Source: Octopus vulgaris (Eukaryota). From it: a stretch of DNA of 64,000 nucleotides. Location of the stretch: assembly GCA_951406725.2 (NCBI GenBank), contig OX597830.1:14136001-14200000 (forward strand). Direction: 5' to 3'. The notes below the pieces were generated by a model. It saw only the letters and a program-made list of their open reading frames with translations, made no database searches and was not told where the DNA came from. This document shows positions 14,210-28,801 of this stretch, piece by piece. The position numbers were made by a program, and so were the translations under genes. Positions within the stretch are counted from its first letter, which is position 1. Each line of letters opens with the position of its first letter.

Positions 14210-14552
14210 GCACACACGCACATGCACAAGTGCGCTTTCACACACACACACTAATGCGCACATATACATACAAACACACACAATCTCCTTCTCTCCCTCT
14301 CTGTCTCTCTCAGTCTCTCTCTGTCTCCCTCTCTCCCTCTCTGTCTGTCGCTGTCTGTCTGTTTCTCTCAGTGTCTCTGTGTCTCTCTCTGTGTCTCTCT
14401 GTCTCTCTCAGTGTCTCTGTGTCTCTCTCTGTGTCTCTCTGTCTCTATCTCCCTCTCTCTCTCTGTCTATCTCTCTCTGTCTGTCTGTCTCTCTCTGTGT
14501 CTCTGTCTCTGTCTCTCTGTCTCTCTATCTCTCTCTCTTTGTCTCTCTCTAG

Positions 14553-14633
<81 letters not shown>

Positions 14634-15044
14634 GCTCTCGATTTAAACCAACATTTGCATATTCCTCCTGGCGCTGGTTCGCAGATTCGCTATGGCACCG
14701 TTCAGAATCACCGTGTTCCTTACTTCTGGCCCTTAACCTATTTCTTAAAGTCCTGTTGAGGTGATCTCAGCCTTTACTCCTTCCGTGAATCGATGAAAGC
14801 GACTGTACAGATCAAGCACTTCCGTGATTTATAACCCGATAATTCATTCAAGATCCGTATTAGATAACTTAGTCACGAATAACACGGCTATTTTTATTTA
14901 TATAATATAAAACTATTACGCACAAACTTACACACACACACACACACACACACGTACAAACACACACACAAACACACAACAAACATAACACATATATGTA
15001 AACATATGTGTGATATATATAGACATGCATACATATATATATAC

Positions 15045-15141
<97 letters not shown>

Positions 15142-15157
15142 TGCTTGCATATATATA

Positions 15158-15209
<52 letters not shown>

Positions 15210-15385
15210 TGTGTAAACATAAACATATAATAAAGACAGAGGATGCAGAGAAAAGGATGGAGAAGGAGTAAGCTGTGAATATATACGTGTGTCTGCTTTG
15301 TACATATGCAGGAATAAATATATGCGTGTGTGTGTGTGTGTATGTGTGTGTGAATGTGTATATGTATGTAAGTGTTTGTACGTGA

Positions 15386-15416
<31 letters not shown>

Positions 15417-15468
15417 CATATATATGCATATATATATATGCTTATATATGCATTTATATCCATATATA

Positions 15469-15528
<60 letters not shown>

Positions 15529-15633
15529 GAATATATACATTTCATATATATACATATATATATATATATATGCATATATGCATGCATGTATATTTGGCAA
15601 CCATGAAAAAATTATTATTATTATTATTATTAT

Positions 15634-15797
15634 TCTATGTTTGACTTTTGCTTTATATTTGTACAAGTTGGCTCCAAGTCTCACCCAGAGACCTCAAGAG
15701 ACAACAGGGTTGGAAGTTCATGTTGTTGTTATGCCTAGTGTGCCATATATTTGGGGGGTGGGGATGTTGTACTAATGAATGTCTAAAAAGAAAAAAA

Positions 15798-15836
<39 letters not shown>

Positions 15837-16621
15837 CGAAAATTATGTTTGTTTTAAACAGAGGGGTTTATCATAGCAGCTTGAGATTACATAGAGAGTA
15901 TTTTGCGTAGGATATGAGCAGTTCCCATGAGCACTATCTTTTGAACTACCATTTTTGGGTTTCCTGGTATCTGAGTTAGGTAGCTATCAGCCCCTTTTGC
16001 TATCATTCCCAGGGCACCTATGACAACAGGTATTGTTTTAGTCTTCAGCTTCCACATTTTGCTGATTTCTATTTCAAGATCTTTATATTTGCTCAGTTTT
16101 TGGTAGGTCTTGACAGATACGTTTATATCGATTGGGACAGTCATATCAATGAGGAGGCATGTTCTTTGTTTGAAGTTTTTCAATATGATGTCTGGCCTAT
16201 TTGCATCTATCTTCCTGTCAGTTTGAATGGTAAAGTTCCAGAGGAGTGAGATGTGGTCATTTTCAAGCACTGGGGGTGGTTTGTGTTCCCACCAGTTTTT
16301 TTCATGGGGCAAATCCAGGTTTTTACAGATTACCCAGTGAATATATTGTGCAGCTCTATCGTGCCTGTTGAGATACTCTGTAGGCGCTAGAAGACTGCAC
16401 TTGGAGACCACATGGTCAATGGTTTCATTTTGTTGCTTGCATACACGACACGTTGGACTGCTTCTGATCTTTAATATGTTGGCCTGGTAGTTTCTTGTTG
16501 GTAGGCATTGATCTTGAGCTGCTATGATAAACCCCTCTGTTTCAGATTTTAAGCCAGAGGCCATTAGCCATTGATGGGTCAGGGCTTTGTCGATATCTGC
16601 ATTATTCGCTCTCTTTGGGTA
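15634..16621 (-). mobile_element. 5'-truncated RLE non-LTR retrotransposon (R4/Dong-like) inserted in a (TAA)n array
   Basis: Open frame 16621-15887: LKSETEGFIIAAQDQ, CCHC knuckle CRVCKQQNETIDHVVSKC, RHD motif, RPDII...LIDMTVP...KLSKY RLE nuclease motif, C-terminus LMGTAHILRKILSM. About 250 bp of 3' UTR follows. (TAA)n lies on the sense strand at both ends. Confidence 0.9.
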
Positions 16622-16709
<88 letters not shown>

Positions 16710-16792
16710 TTACCATAATTATTATTATTGTTATTGTTGTTGTATGTATTATTGTTTTTGTTATTGCTAGTGTTTCTAGTTTTCATCATCAC

Positions 16793-16831
<39 letters not shown>

Positions 16832-16943
16832 CATAATTATTATTATCATCATCATCGTCGTCGTCGTCATCATCATCATCATCATCATCATCATCAGTAT
16901 TATCATCATCATCATCATCATCATCATTATCATCATCATCATC

Positions 16944-16992
<49 letters not shown>

Positions 16993-17066
16993 GCATCGTC
17001 GTCGTCGTCATCATCATCAGTATTATTATCATCATCATCATCATCATAATTATTATCATCATCATC

Positions 17067-17107
<41 letters not shown>

Positions 17108-17199
17108 CATCATCATCATCATCATTATCATCATCAGTATTATTATCATCATCATCAGCATCATCATCATTATCATCATCATCAGTATTATTATTAACA

Positions 17200-17269
<70 letters not shown>

Positions 17270-17312
17270 TATTATTATTGTTATTATTATTATTATTATC
17301 ATTATTATTATT
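16622..17312. repeat. Compound (ATT)n/(ATC)n/(GTC)n triplet array
   Basis: Seen directly; it falsely extends ORF 15887..17302 with poly-I/M. Confidence 0.95.
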
Positions 17313-17778
17313 AATTGTTCTCGTTCTTATTGTTATTTATTAATAAACTTATCATAATAATATGGTATAGATTTGTTTCATATCGAACGCGTCTGTAATT
17401 ACTACGGAGTATTATTCCGTTTGTTACCCATTTTTAGTTTCTTCCTATACATTTGTGCTTCATTAAACTGCCTCTGCGTTCTCCGTTACCTATGCAAGCG
17501 GTAGTTCTTTCCAATAGCTGCAGAACTCGCTATACACATTTTCATGAGTTGATTAAGGGTAATAATTAAGAAATTAACGAAACCAGAAACTTGTACGCAA
17601 GACACTTATGTGTGTGTGTGTGTGTGTGTTTGAGTCTGTATGTATACGTGTCTGTGAGTGTCTCTGAGTGTGTGTGCGTCTGTGTGTGTGTGTGTGTATC
17701 TGTCTGTCTATTTCTCTCTATCTCTCTGCCTATCGATCTCTATATCTATCAAACAGTCTCTCCATCTGTCTATCTCTC

Positions 17779-17998
17779 CTTCTTCTTCTTCTTCTTCTTC
17801 TTCTTCTTCTTCTTCTTCTTCTTCTTCTTCTTCTTCTTCTTCTTCTTCTTCTTCTTCTTCTTCTTCTTCTTCTTCATCTTCTTCTTCTTCATCTTCTTCT
17901 TCTTCTTCTTCTTCTTCTTCGTCTTCGTCTTCTTCTTCTTCTTCTTCTTCTTCTTCTTCGTCTTCGTCTTCTTCTTCTTCTTCTTCTTCTTCTTCTTC
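17779..17998. repeat. (TCT)n microsatellite
   Basis: Seen directly. Confidence 0.97.
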
Positions 17999-18289
17999 TC
18001 TCTCTCTCTCTCTCTCTCCCTCTATGTATACGTGCGCGTGTATGTGTATATGTGAGTGAGTATGCACACACATACAGACACACACAGACACTCACACACA
18101 TACGCACGCGCGCACACATACAGATGTGTAACAGAGATTATAGATATTCACATGCGTTTATCTATGTGACATTGCCTGTCACCGAGTCTTTATATTCCTT
18201 TTTACGAGTCTGTGTTACAAAAACAGATAATATACATATACATACATACATACATACATGCATGCTTGCATACATACATACATACATAC

Positions 18290-18684
<395 letters not shown>

Positions 18685-18796
18685 CACAAACGTGCTGACT
18701 CGTAGGTAGATAATGATAGATTGAAATTTAGGGATTGAGGGTGAGTGAGAGAGAAAGAGAGAGAGAATGAGAGAGAGAAAGTGTGAGTGTGTGTTG

Positions 18797-18829
<33 letters not shown>

Positions 18830-18959
18830 TGAGTGAATGACAATGTCGTGTTTGTGTGCTCGGAGATGTAGGAGTGTGGGAAATGTAATTAAACGCGCAA
18901 CTAAATTCGATAGAAAATATACGGTATATTACCGCTATTTATATCGCAGACGACATAAA

Positions 18960-19550
18960 GACGGCGAGATGGCGGAATCGTTAGCAAGTCGGACGAAAAG
19001 CCTTGCTGCATGTCGTCCGTCTTTAATTTCTGGGTCAAAATTCAGTCGAGGTCGACTTTGCCTTTCATCCTCCCGTGGTCGATAGAATAATTACCAGTCC
19101 AGGACTGGGATCGATGTAATTGACTTTACCCTTCGCGCTTATATCGCTAGCCCAGTCGAACTAAGATCAAGAATTCTTGAATCATAACTTTTATTAACAG
19201 AAGTAGTTTGTGAGCAGGCAGAATTATTACCGCGCCGGACAAAGTATTTAATGGTATTTCGTCCGTCTTTATGTTCTGAGTTCAAATTCCACCGGGATCG
19301 ATGTTGCCGATGAAATAATTACCTATTAAGCACTTGGGTACATGTAATGTACCTAATTTCAAACCTCGTGCCTATAATAGAAAGGATTATTATTATTGAA
19401 AGAAGAAAGTCAGCGAGATGGCAGAATCCTTACCACGTCGGAGAAATGACTTAGCGGCATTTCGTCTATCTCTAGATTCTGAGTTCAAATTCAGCCGAGA
19501 TCGACTATTTCTTTCATCTTTTTGGTCTTGTGCCCTATAGTACAAAGTAT
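18960..19550 (+). mobile_element. Three tandem degenerate family B SINEs
   Basis: GGCAGAAT/GGCGGAAT heads and (GAG)TTCAAATTC-type B boxes recur at ~18963, ~19213 and ~19412. Confidence 0.7.
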
Positions 19551-19830
19551 TATTTGTAATAAAGGAGTTCAAATAAGACTGGATACTTGTATTGATTGTG
19601 CCATCTCTCGGCTCTGAGTGTTAAATTTTAAAGGTGACATTGCAAATAAAAGTAACCGTAAGACGCAAAGGGCCATGTTAAAATGGAAACGGTCAACGTA
19701 TAATTAAGTTGTGCTTATTCTAAATCCATTTATTCTCAGTGGTCTGGACACTCTTTCGTTCTTTTCTTTCGTTCTTCCTTTCTTCCTTTCTTCCTTGCTT
19801 CCTGCTTCCATGATTCCTTCCTTCTCTACA

Positions 19831-19876
<46 letters not shown>

Positions 19877-19893
19877 TTCTCTCACTATATATA

Positions 19894-20619
19894 TGAGGTC
19901 TGATCAATAAGTATCCGGAATGTTGCCATAGTAACGTAGCTATAGCACGCAGAGTAAAGCCGCTTGGCACAGATTGACCATGAAGTTTGCTGTGCATCTG
20001 CATTAAGTTTTAACGTTCTAGCTTACTTCCGCTGTTTACAGCAATGCTTGGAAGGAAGGTGCGTAGCGTGTGACCGGCGCATTGACCATGGCAGAGGATG
20101 TTGTTATGGCGATACCTGTTCAGAGGCCTATGCAAAGTTGCAGAAAGTGTATTGAGTGAAGTGTATGGGCCGCACACAAGTGTACGAGTGGTTTAGACGT
20201 GCCCAAGATGGTCGAAAAATGTCGATATGGACGAACATTCTGGGAGACACGCAACCAGCAGAACTGAGGAAAACATCACAGATATTCGTGAAGCTGTGAG
20301 GGGAAATCGTCGTATCACTATCCGTGAGTTATCAGAGGATCTGTAGATTAGTTACGGTTCAGTTCAATCCATTATCACTGAACATTTGGGAATGAGATGC
20401 GTGTCTGCTGAGTTTGTGCCAAAACTGCTTTCAGCTGACCGAAAAGACACTCGGGTTTCAGTTGCACAGGGTCTTCTTGACTGTGTCGAGAACGATGAAA
20501 GCTTTTTGAAAACTTTGCGTAGGCAAAGTTCAAGGTCAGTTTGTACCAAGCGGCTTCACTCTGCGTGCTTCAGCTCTGTGACTATGGCAACAGTCTGGAT
20601 ACTTATTGATCAGACCACG
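19894..20619 (+). mobile_element. Internally deleted mariner-family DNA transposon
   Basis: Imperfect ~85-bp TIRs (GGTCTGATCAATAAGTATCC ... GGATACTTATTGATCAGACC) with TA on both sides. Broken transposase N-terminus: RTQVYEWFRR, RRITIRELSEDL, LGMRCVSAEFVPKLL (WVPxxL-like). No DDD domain. Confidence 0.88.
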
Positions 20620-21741
20620 TATGTGTGTGTGTGTGTGTGTTTTCTATTGTCTATTTTTTCCTGTATATATATATATAAATGTTGGAAGATAGCGAACTCA
20701 GTACCATAGTTGAGATTAATATTATATTTTATTTTGGTCAAGTCAATTTCTTGGTACTCTGAGTTTCATTTTTTGGGTGTGCAGGGTTTTCAGTCTAGTA
20801 ATAACTTGTTTGAAAAACCCTGTGTACGCACAGGTAAAACTAAAATTAAATATGTTATATATAAATGTGTGTGTGTATGTGCTTGTGAGTGTATGTATGT
20901 GTGTGAGTGTTTTCATCTGTACTATACGTAGAGGCAGGATGGATCGTGAATAATTTCCCTCGAAATTCCCCTCACTAGAAATCTCTATGACTTGGAATCT
21001 ACTCACCTCTGTAGCCGTTGGTGATCTAAATATGTTTACAGATTTAGCCACAAATGAATGTTCGAATGAGTTCATTGTTATCCAAGTTTCCTACGCTTGC
21101 TTAATTCATAGGGGACCTGCTATTTGGTGAGCCTTCGTGCACTTTTAGGTCTTTTCATATATGTAATTATTTTCATATATGTAATTATTATATTCCCTCG
21201 GTAGACAATTCTGTAGTTATTTTTCATCGGTTTCCTGTATAAATATTTATGTGTCAATAATATGTAAAATACCATTCAGCCCATTCCCGTTTGAATTACA
21301 ACAATTGTTACATTTGTAATGCTATGATAGTGTCTTCAGTGCAACAGTAGCTGGCAGCGTGAATAGTCACCAAAACACGAGATGTCCTGTGAAATACCTT
21401 ATGGTAAATATCTTCTACTTAGCATTACTGAATTCTAGTCTTCGTCATCTTTGAAATCATAGCACCGACTACTCGTTGAGTTGATCTCAATCTTGTGGTA
21501 TCTCTCTTAGATGATCTAAAAATAATACTACCCAGGTTTATTTGCGTGAGATATCGTTTGTCATAAACAGTTAAATGTTCTAACATGTTATATTCCTTCA
21601 GTAGAGCATTGTAAAGATACTTTTCACTATGAATAACAGGCAGCTGCTATTTTTCGGTCACACACACACACACGCCTAAGAAAAATAAAACAAGGTAGAA
21701 AATGCTAAAATAACTTTATCATGAAATACATTTTGTAACAG

Positions 21742-21779
21742 TTAGTACCGGTTTCTGTCTTTCCGACTTTGTCAACTAA
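21742..21779 (-). ncRNA. Decayed hammerhead-like motif
   Basis: Minus strand UUAG-UUGACAA-A-GUC(GGAAA)GAC-A-GAAA-CCGG-UA-CUAA: helix I and palindromic helix III intact, core mutated at C3 and G8. Confidence 0.4.
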
Positions 21780-22482
21780 GAATCAGATAAGATGGCTATT
21801 AATTAAGAAGAAAAGCAATTACATTGAAGAAAAATTAAATGTAATGTTTTGTAAACATTTCCATAGTCTTCAAATAGGTAGGACATTTTCCTCTTTTTTT
21901 CTGTTTCCCTCTCTTTTCCTTTGTGAAGGCTTGTAAGGCAAATAGTAGCAGATCTGAAAAATTGTGTTTATAGGTGCAGAGATATATTTGTGTTTATGGA
22001 TTCAGTGACATATTTGATATATACACTGATATGCATACGCACATACCTGCACATACACACGCGTACAAAGTAAGAAAATAAAATATATTACCATTCTATG
22101 TGTATATTATTGTCCACACATCCTCTCTACCTATCATTGGGTACCTGTATGTGACGGTTGTACATCAATGTGTGCTGGGTGTATTTGTACATTAGACAAG
22201 TTAAGGAGTGCATCCTATAATTATTTATTCCAACAGAGGCAAACAACCGGAAATATAACGTTTTAAGCCTCTCATTTTACCATCCCATTGTGTGGTTTTT
22301 GTGTTGTATTTACAATGATATTTTGTTGACGCAGCCGTAGCTGTGTGGCAAGAAGATGGTTTCCCAACCACATGGTGCCAGGTTCAGTCTCACTCCGTGG
22401 AACTTGGTCAAATGTCTTCTAGTATAGCCTCGGATCGAGCAAAGCCTAGTAACGGAAACTGAAAGAAGCCCTTCGTATATAT

Positions 22483-22879
22483 ACTCTTTTACTTGTTTCA
22501 GTCATTTGACTGCGGCCATGCTGGAGCACCGCCTTTAATCGAGCAACTCGACCCCGGGACTTATTCTTTTGAAAGCCCAGTACTTATTCTATCGGTCGCT
22601 TTTACCGAATCGCTAAGTTACGGGGACGTAAACACACCAGCATCGGTTGTCAAGCAATGCTAGGGGGACAAACACAGACACACAAACATACACGCACACA
22701 CATATATACATATATACGACGGGTTTCTTTCAGTTTCCGTCTACCAAATCCACTCACAAGGCATTGGTCGGCCCGGGGCTATAGCAGAAGACACTTGCCC
22801 AAGGTGCCACGCAGTGGGACTGAACCCAGAACCATGTGGTTGGTTAGCAAGCTACTTACCACACAGCCACTCCTGCGCC
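22483..22879 (-). mobile_element. Full-length family A SINE
   Basis: Head, internal TA/TG tract and tail ending GACTGAAACAAGTAAAAGAGT on the minus strand. A degenerate opposite-strand head lies at ~22328-22476. Confidence 0.9.
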
Positions 22880-23164
22880 TATATATATATATATATATAT
22901 GTATATGGTAGGGAGTGTATGCATATGTATATATCTATATGTGTGTGTCTTGGAGTCCGTGTGTGTTCACCATCACCGCTTGACAAACGGTGTTGGTATG
23001 TTTACTTCCCCGTAATTTAGCTGTTTGGCGAAAGAAAATACTGGAATGAGGTAATAGATTTCAAAAATAATAAGTCGTGGGGTCGATTTGTTCGACTAAA
23101 TCCCTTCAAGCTCTTCCTGCAAAGCGCGCACACACACACACACACATATATATATATAACACAA

Positions 23165-23645
<481 letters not shown>

Positions 23646-23646
23646 A

Positions 23647-24171
23647 GCAGTACCAGGCAGTGACTTTCATGGCTCCTGATCTTAACTGATTGGAAGTGTT
23701 ATCATGTACATTGTTTTGTCTTGGTATAAAAGATGGGCTACAGCAAATATTCTGCTCAATATCACAGATTTGCTTGTCAGTTGTTTGACCTTAACCAGTT
23801 GACCATGACCCATAGTGGCTGATGATATGCGCATCTCTGATCATGAGCAGAAGTAGTGGGGGAGCATCATTGCCATGTATAGAGAGGGTTTCTTTGGGTT
23901 TTGAATAATTCACCTTTGGAAACATGAGTGGTTCGTTCAACATCCTAAACAATCCTTATTCATGGACCTTTTGAGTGGGATGGGCTACTCAATCTGAAGA
24001 AAATTCTAACTGAGCCCCACCTGCAAGGTCATGTGTTGTTTATCTTGATATGAGATCACCATGTCGCGCATGACTACCATGACTACCTTATCAGACGGGT
24101 AGTCATGATGGTTATACTGGGCTTCGTATATTTTACCCCGGTGTCACCTTGGTGGCATGCATTGCTCCCTC
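23647..24171 (+). mobile_element. ~525-bp TAA-flanked retroposed element, copy 1 (probable long 3' UTR of a TAA-targeting retrotransposon)
   Basis: Colinear with 48091-48609; same 3' end GGCATGCA(C/T)TGCTC...CAATAATAA; (TAA)n on both sides. Confidence 0.75.
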
Positions 24172-24600
24172 AATAATAATAATGATACTATTAATAATAA
24201 CAATAATAGTCCTTTCTTCTAGGAGGAGGCGGTAAGTAGATCGCATCGACCCCAGTCTTCCACTGGTACTTATTTTATTGACCTCGAAAGGTTGAAAAGG
24301 AAAGTCGACCTTGGCGACATTTGAACTCAGAACGTAAAGACGAACGAAATGCCGCTAATAATTTTGTTCGGCGTTCTAAAAACAACAACAACAACAACAA
24401 CAGCAACAACGACAACAACAACAACAACGACAACAACGACAACAACAACAATAATAATAATAATAACAACAACAATAATAATGATTCCCTTTATTAGCTT
24501 TTAATGGCATGCACTGCTCTCTCATTCAAAAATAATAGGTGCGTGTATATGTACACACACACAATACACAAACACATACACACACATATCACGATACATC

Positions 24601-24838
24601 TCTTTCTTTATTACCCACAAGGGGCTAAACACAGAGGGGACAAACAAGGACAGATAAACGGATTAAGTCGATTACATCGACCCCAGTGCATAACTGGTAC
24701 TTAATTTATCGACCCCGAAAGGATGAAAGGCAAATTCCCCGAAAGGATGAAAGGCAAATTCCTCGGCGGAATTTGAACTCAGAACGCAACGGCAGACGAA
24801 ATTCGGCGTGCTAACGGTTCTGCCAGCTCGCCGCCTTA
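24601..24838 (-). mobile_element. Family B SINE with probable target-site duplication
   Basis: GATACATC at 24593-24600 and 24839-24846; internal duplication of CCCCGAAAGGATGAAAGGCAAATT. Confidence 0.85.
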
Positions 24839-25115
24839 GATACATCACTATATCCGCTATCGACCAGATGCTGGATGGTGTTATAACCCCTGATAACAAT
24901 GCGCTTTGCATTGTTTTAGCGTTCGAATGGTCCTACTCTGCCGGTTGGGTAGGAGCACCAGTCTGTTGTAGTGATTACTCAATTACAGATGAATGGTGAG
25001 GTGAGCAGACGTAAAATGAAGTGTTTTGATCAAGAACACAATCTATATTGATAGATAGCGAGACAAACAGACAGACAAACAGATAGACAGACAGACAGAC
25101 AGATAGATTGATAGG

Positions 25116-25178
<63 letters not shown>

Positions 25179-25536
25179 TGTTAGTCGTTGAAATCTGCGT
25201 CCATGTGGAATATTCAAGTATAGTCGAAAGCAAAAGGGAAACACAAACACCTACAACCGTACAAATAACTAACAAATGCACAGAGTATATATGTTAATGC
25301 TATTAGGGTGAATCAGGAGAAAGTTTAACGTTTCGGAAAGCTACCTTTCATCAAGAAAAGAAAAATTGAGAGAAGAAATTTCAAAATGATGTTGATTTAT
25401 ATTGAAACAGCATCCTGAATCGGAAAAGAAAAAATTGTTGACAGGGAGGGAAATATGTTGACTGCTGCTTTACAGCCAGCTGAGGGAGTGAATCGTCATA
25501 TGCAAAGTGTAGTTTATACATATATATATGCTTATA

Positions 25537-25587
<51 letters not shown>

Positions 25588-25616
25588 CGTAAATGTATAC
25601 ATGCATACATTTGTAT

Positions 25617-25654
<38 letters not shown>

Positions 25655-25828
25655 CACGTGCATCTGTTAGTTTCGGTCTACTAAATCCACTGACGAGGCT
25701 TTACCGGCCTGGGGCTATAGCAGTAGACAGCTGTCCGAAATGCCAAGAAGTAGGACTGAAACCAGACCCATGTGGTTGGGAGGTAAGCTTCGTTCCACAC
25801 AGCCACACACATACACTAATACATACAT

Positions 25829-25894
<66 letters not shown>

Positions 25895-27256
25895 TACATG
25901 ATGCGTATGCATACACACGCGTATATATATATATGGTACGAATCGAAATGAGAGTTTAGACGATGTTGTATGTATGTGAGTATGTATGTATATATGTATA
26001 CACACACACACACACACATATATATCCATATATGTATATTATATATGTAGGGGAAATATATAAAAAAATTGTTGTGTAATACATGGGTTCCTAAAATCAT
26101 GTGGCTATCAAGAGAAGCTCCTCGACCGGTCCCGGGTAGCAAACCATATAGTAATTCTATACGGATGAGTATTTCGCAGAGTTCAACGCAGCTGAAATGT
26201 AGGAGATGCGATCGATGGAACTACTTTATGGGGAATATATGTATGTGTGAGTGTGTATATATATATATATATATATATTGGTTTCCTCCAACATCGGTGC
26301 TCACATCGGCGTCACAGTTTTCTTTCATTTCTGGATAAGTGTGTAATGTTGAATGATATGCCACAGTGTACCTACGAGGAAGAGATAATTAACAGAATTA
26401 GTAATTATTAGGATGAATTGAATAACAACTTAGATTTATTCAGCCCCGGCAACTTTATTGAATAAAAATGTTCGGTTACGAGAAGTGCTAGAAATAACTG
26501 TCAAATCTCCCATACGTCACAGTGTATAACTACCAAAGATATATAAAGTACGTGTAAGAGAATGTTGACCTAAATATAAATAAAAGACTGGACGGCCACA
26601 GCTGGAATGTTTTTATCATATTCTTTTTTACATTGTTGCAAACGCTCTGAAATTCTGGGGGTGGAGAGCTTGTCGATTACATCGACCTCACCTCTCAGCT
26701 GTTTTTTTTATTTTATCAACCCCGAAAGGATGAAAAGCAAGGTCAACCTCGGTGGACTTAGAACTTAGAGATTAAAGACGGACGAAAAGCCGTTAACAAT
26801 TTCACCTCGACGTGTTTGCCATTCTGCAAGCTCGCCGCCTCCATAAACCTATAAATAATAGCTTGAGGAATATTAGGTTTTACATGCTGCATATTAGGTG
26901 TGCTTCGAGATCAACTGTTCCTTGCTGGATCTTAATTAACAAGATATGTTATTAGCGCTGTTGATGTAACGCGGGTCTCATTATTCTTGTATTTGTGGTT
27001 TGTTTGTTTTTTGTTGGTGTTGGCTGTTGTGGCTGTCATAGCTATGGGGAGGGGGCTGCATCAATAGAATGAGTGACAAAATAACCAGCGGTATTGAATT
27101 ACTTCCCTTTCTGTTCCCAGTTCAAACCAAGCTAAAGTCAACATCTGTCTGGGGGTGGGGCGGAGGTAATAATATAAAGCACTAATCGTGTTGGAGTCAA
27201 TTGAACTCGAAAATAATTTTCATCAAAACGTCTTGTCTTCCACCCGTACTTGTAGA

Positions 27257-27318
<62 letters not shown>

Positions 27319-27384
27319 ATAAAACGGTAAGATAACAAAAGAAAGAAAGAGACCCCAATATTATGTAAGTAGAGGATATTTATC

Positions 27385-27575
27385 TATACAATAATATGTT
27401 ACATTACTCGATAGTCAAGATAAAACTCTGAGTTTCAGATGTCGAAGTGGAAATCCACACCATCTCTTCAGTTATCTGGCTATTTTCAGATAACTGAAGA
27501 GATGGTGTTGTGGATTTCCACTTCGGCATCTGAAACTCAGAGTTTTATCTTGACTATCGAGTAATGTAACATATT

Positions 27576-27583
<8 letters not shown>
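27385..27583. repeat. Fold-back inverted repeat (94/97-bp arms, 8-nt loop) with a hammerhead-like motif on each strand
   Basis: 27385-27478 versus 27487-27583 differ by one substitution and a 3-nt indel. Plus-strand motif AUAA-CUGAAGA-GAUG...CAUC-U-GAAA-CUCAGAG-UU-UUAU at ~27490-27548. Confidence 0.85.
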
Positions 27584-27648
<65 letters not shown>

Positions 27649-27661
27649 GTATGTATATATA

Positions 27662-27938
27662 TGTGAGTGGATTTGGTAGACGGAAACTGAAAGAAGCCTG
27701 TCGTATATATGTATATATATATATGTGTGTGTATGTGTTTGTGTGTCTGTGTTTGTCCCCCTAGCATTGCTTGACAACCTATGCTGGTGTTTTTACGTCC
27801 CCGTCACTTAGCGGTTCGGCAAAAGAGACCGATAGAATAAGTACTGGGCTTACAAAGAATAAGTCCCGACTAAAAGGCGGTGCTCCAGCATGGCCGCAGT
27901 CAAATGACTGAAACAAGTAAAAGAGTAAAAGAGTAAAA

Positions 27939-28003
<65 letters not shown>

Positions 28004-28200
28004 CATATATGTATATATATGTATGGAGTGGCGCAGGAGTGGCTGTGTGGTAAGTAGCTTGCTAACCAACCACATGGTTCCGGGTTCAGTCCCACTGCGT
28101 GGCATCTTGGGCAAGTATCTTCTGCTATGGCCCCGGGCCGACCAATGCCTTGTGAATGGATTTGGTAGACGGAAACTGAAAGAAGCCTGTCGTATATATG

Positions 28201-28251
<51 letters not shown>

Positions 28252-28460
28252 GTGTGTTTGTGTGTCTGTGTTTGTCCCCCTAGCATTGCTTGACAACCAA
28301 TGCTGGTGTGTTTACGTCCCCGTCACCTAGCGGTTCGGCAAAAGACCCCGATAGAAGAAGTACTGGGCTTACAAAGAATAAGTTCCGGGGTCGATTTGCT
28401 CGATTAAAGGCGGTGCTCCGGCATGGCCGCAGTCAAATGACTGAAACAAGTAAAGAGTAA
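27662..28460 (+). mobile_element. Two tandem family A SINEs (5'-truncated 27662-27938; full-length 28030-28460)
   Basis: Direct identity with the other family A copies. Confidence 0.9.
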
Positions 28461-28502
28461 TATATATATATGTATATGTATGTATATAAATGTATCTATA
28501 TC

Positions 28503-28711
28503 TCTTTTACTCTTTTACTTGTTTCAGTCATTTGACTGTGGCCATGCCGGAGCACCGCCTTTAATCGAGCAAATCGACCCCGGTACTTATTCTTTGTAAG
28601 CCCAGTACATATTCTATCGCTCTCTTTTACCGAACCGCTAGGTGACGGCGACGTAAACACACCAGCATCGGTTGTCAAGCAATGCTAGGGGGACAAACAC
28701 AGACACACAAC

Positions 28712-28801
<90 letters not shown>

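Noticed and set aside
15887-17302. 471-aa ORF as a real gene
   Set aside because: The N-terminal ~225 aa is a triplet array; only 15887-16621 is retrotransposon coding sequence.
20940-21600. Possible CR1/L2-type LINE remnant on the minus strand
   Set aside because: Only a few residues resemble LINE C-terminal motifs, amid many stops; too weak to call without a search.
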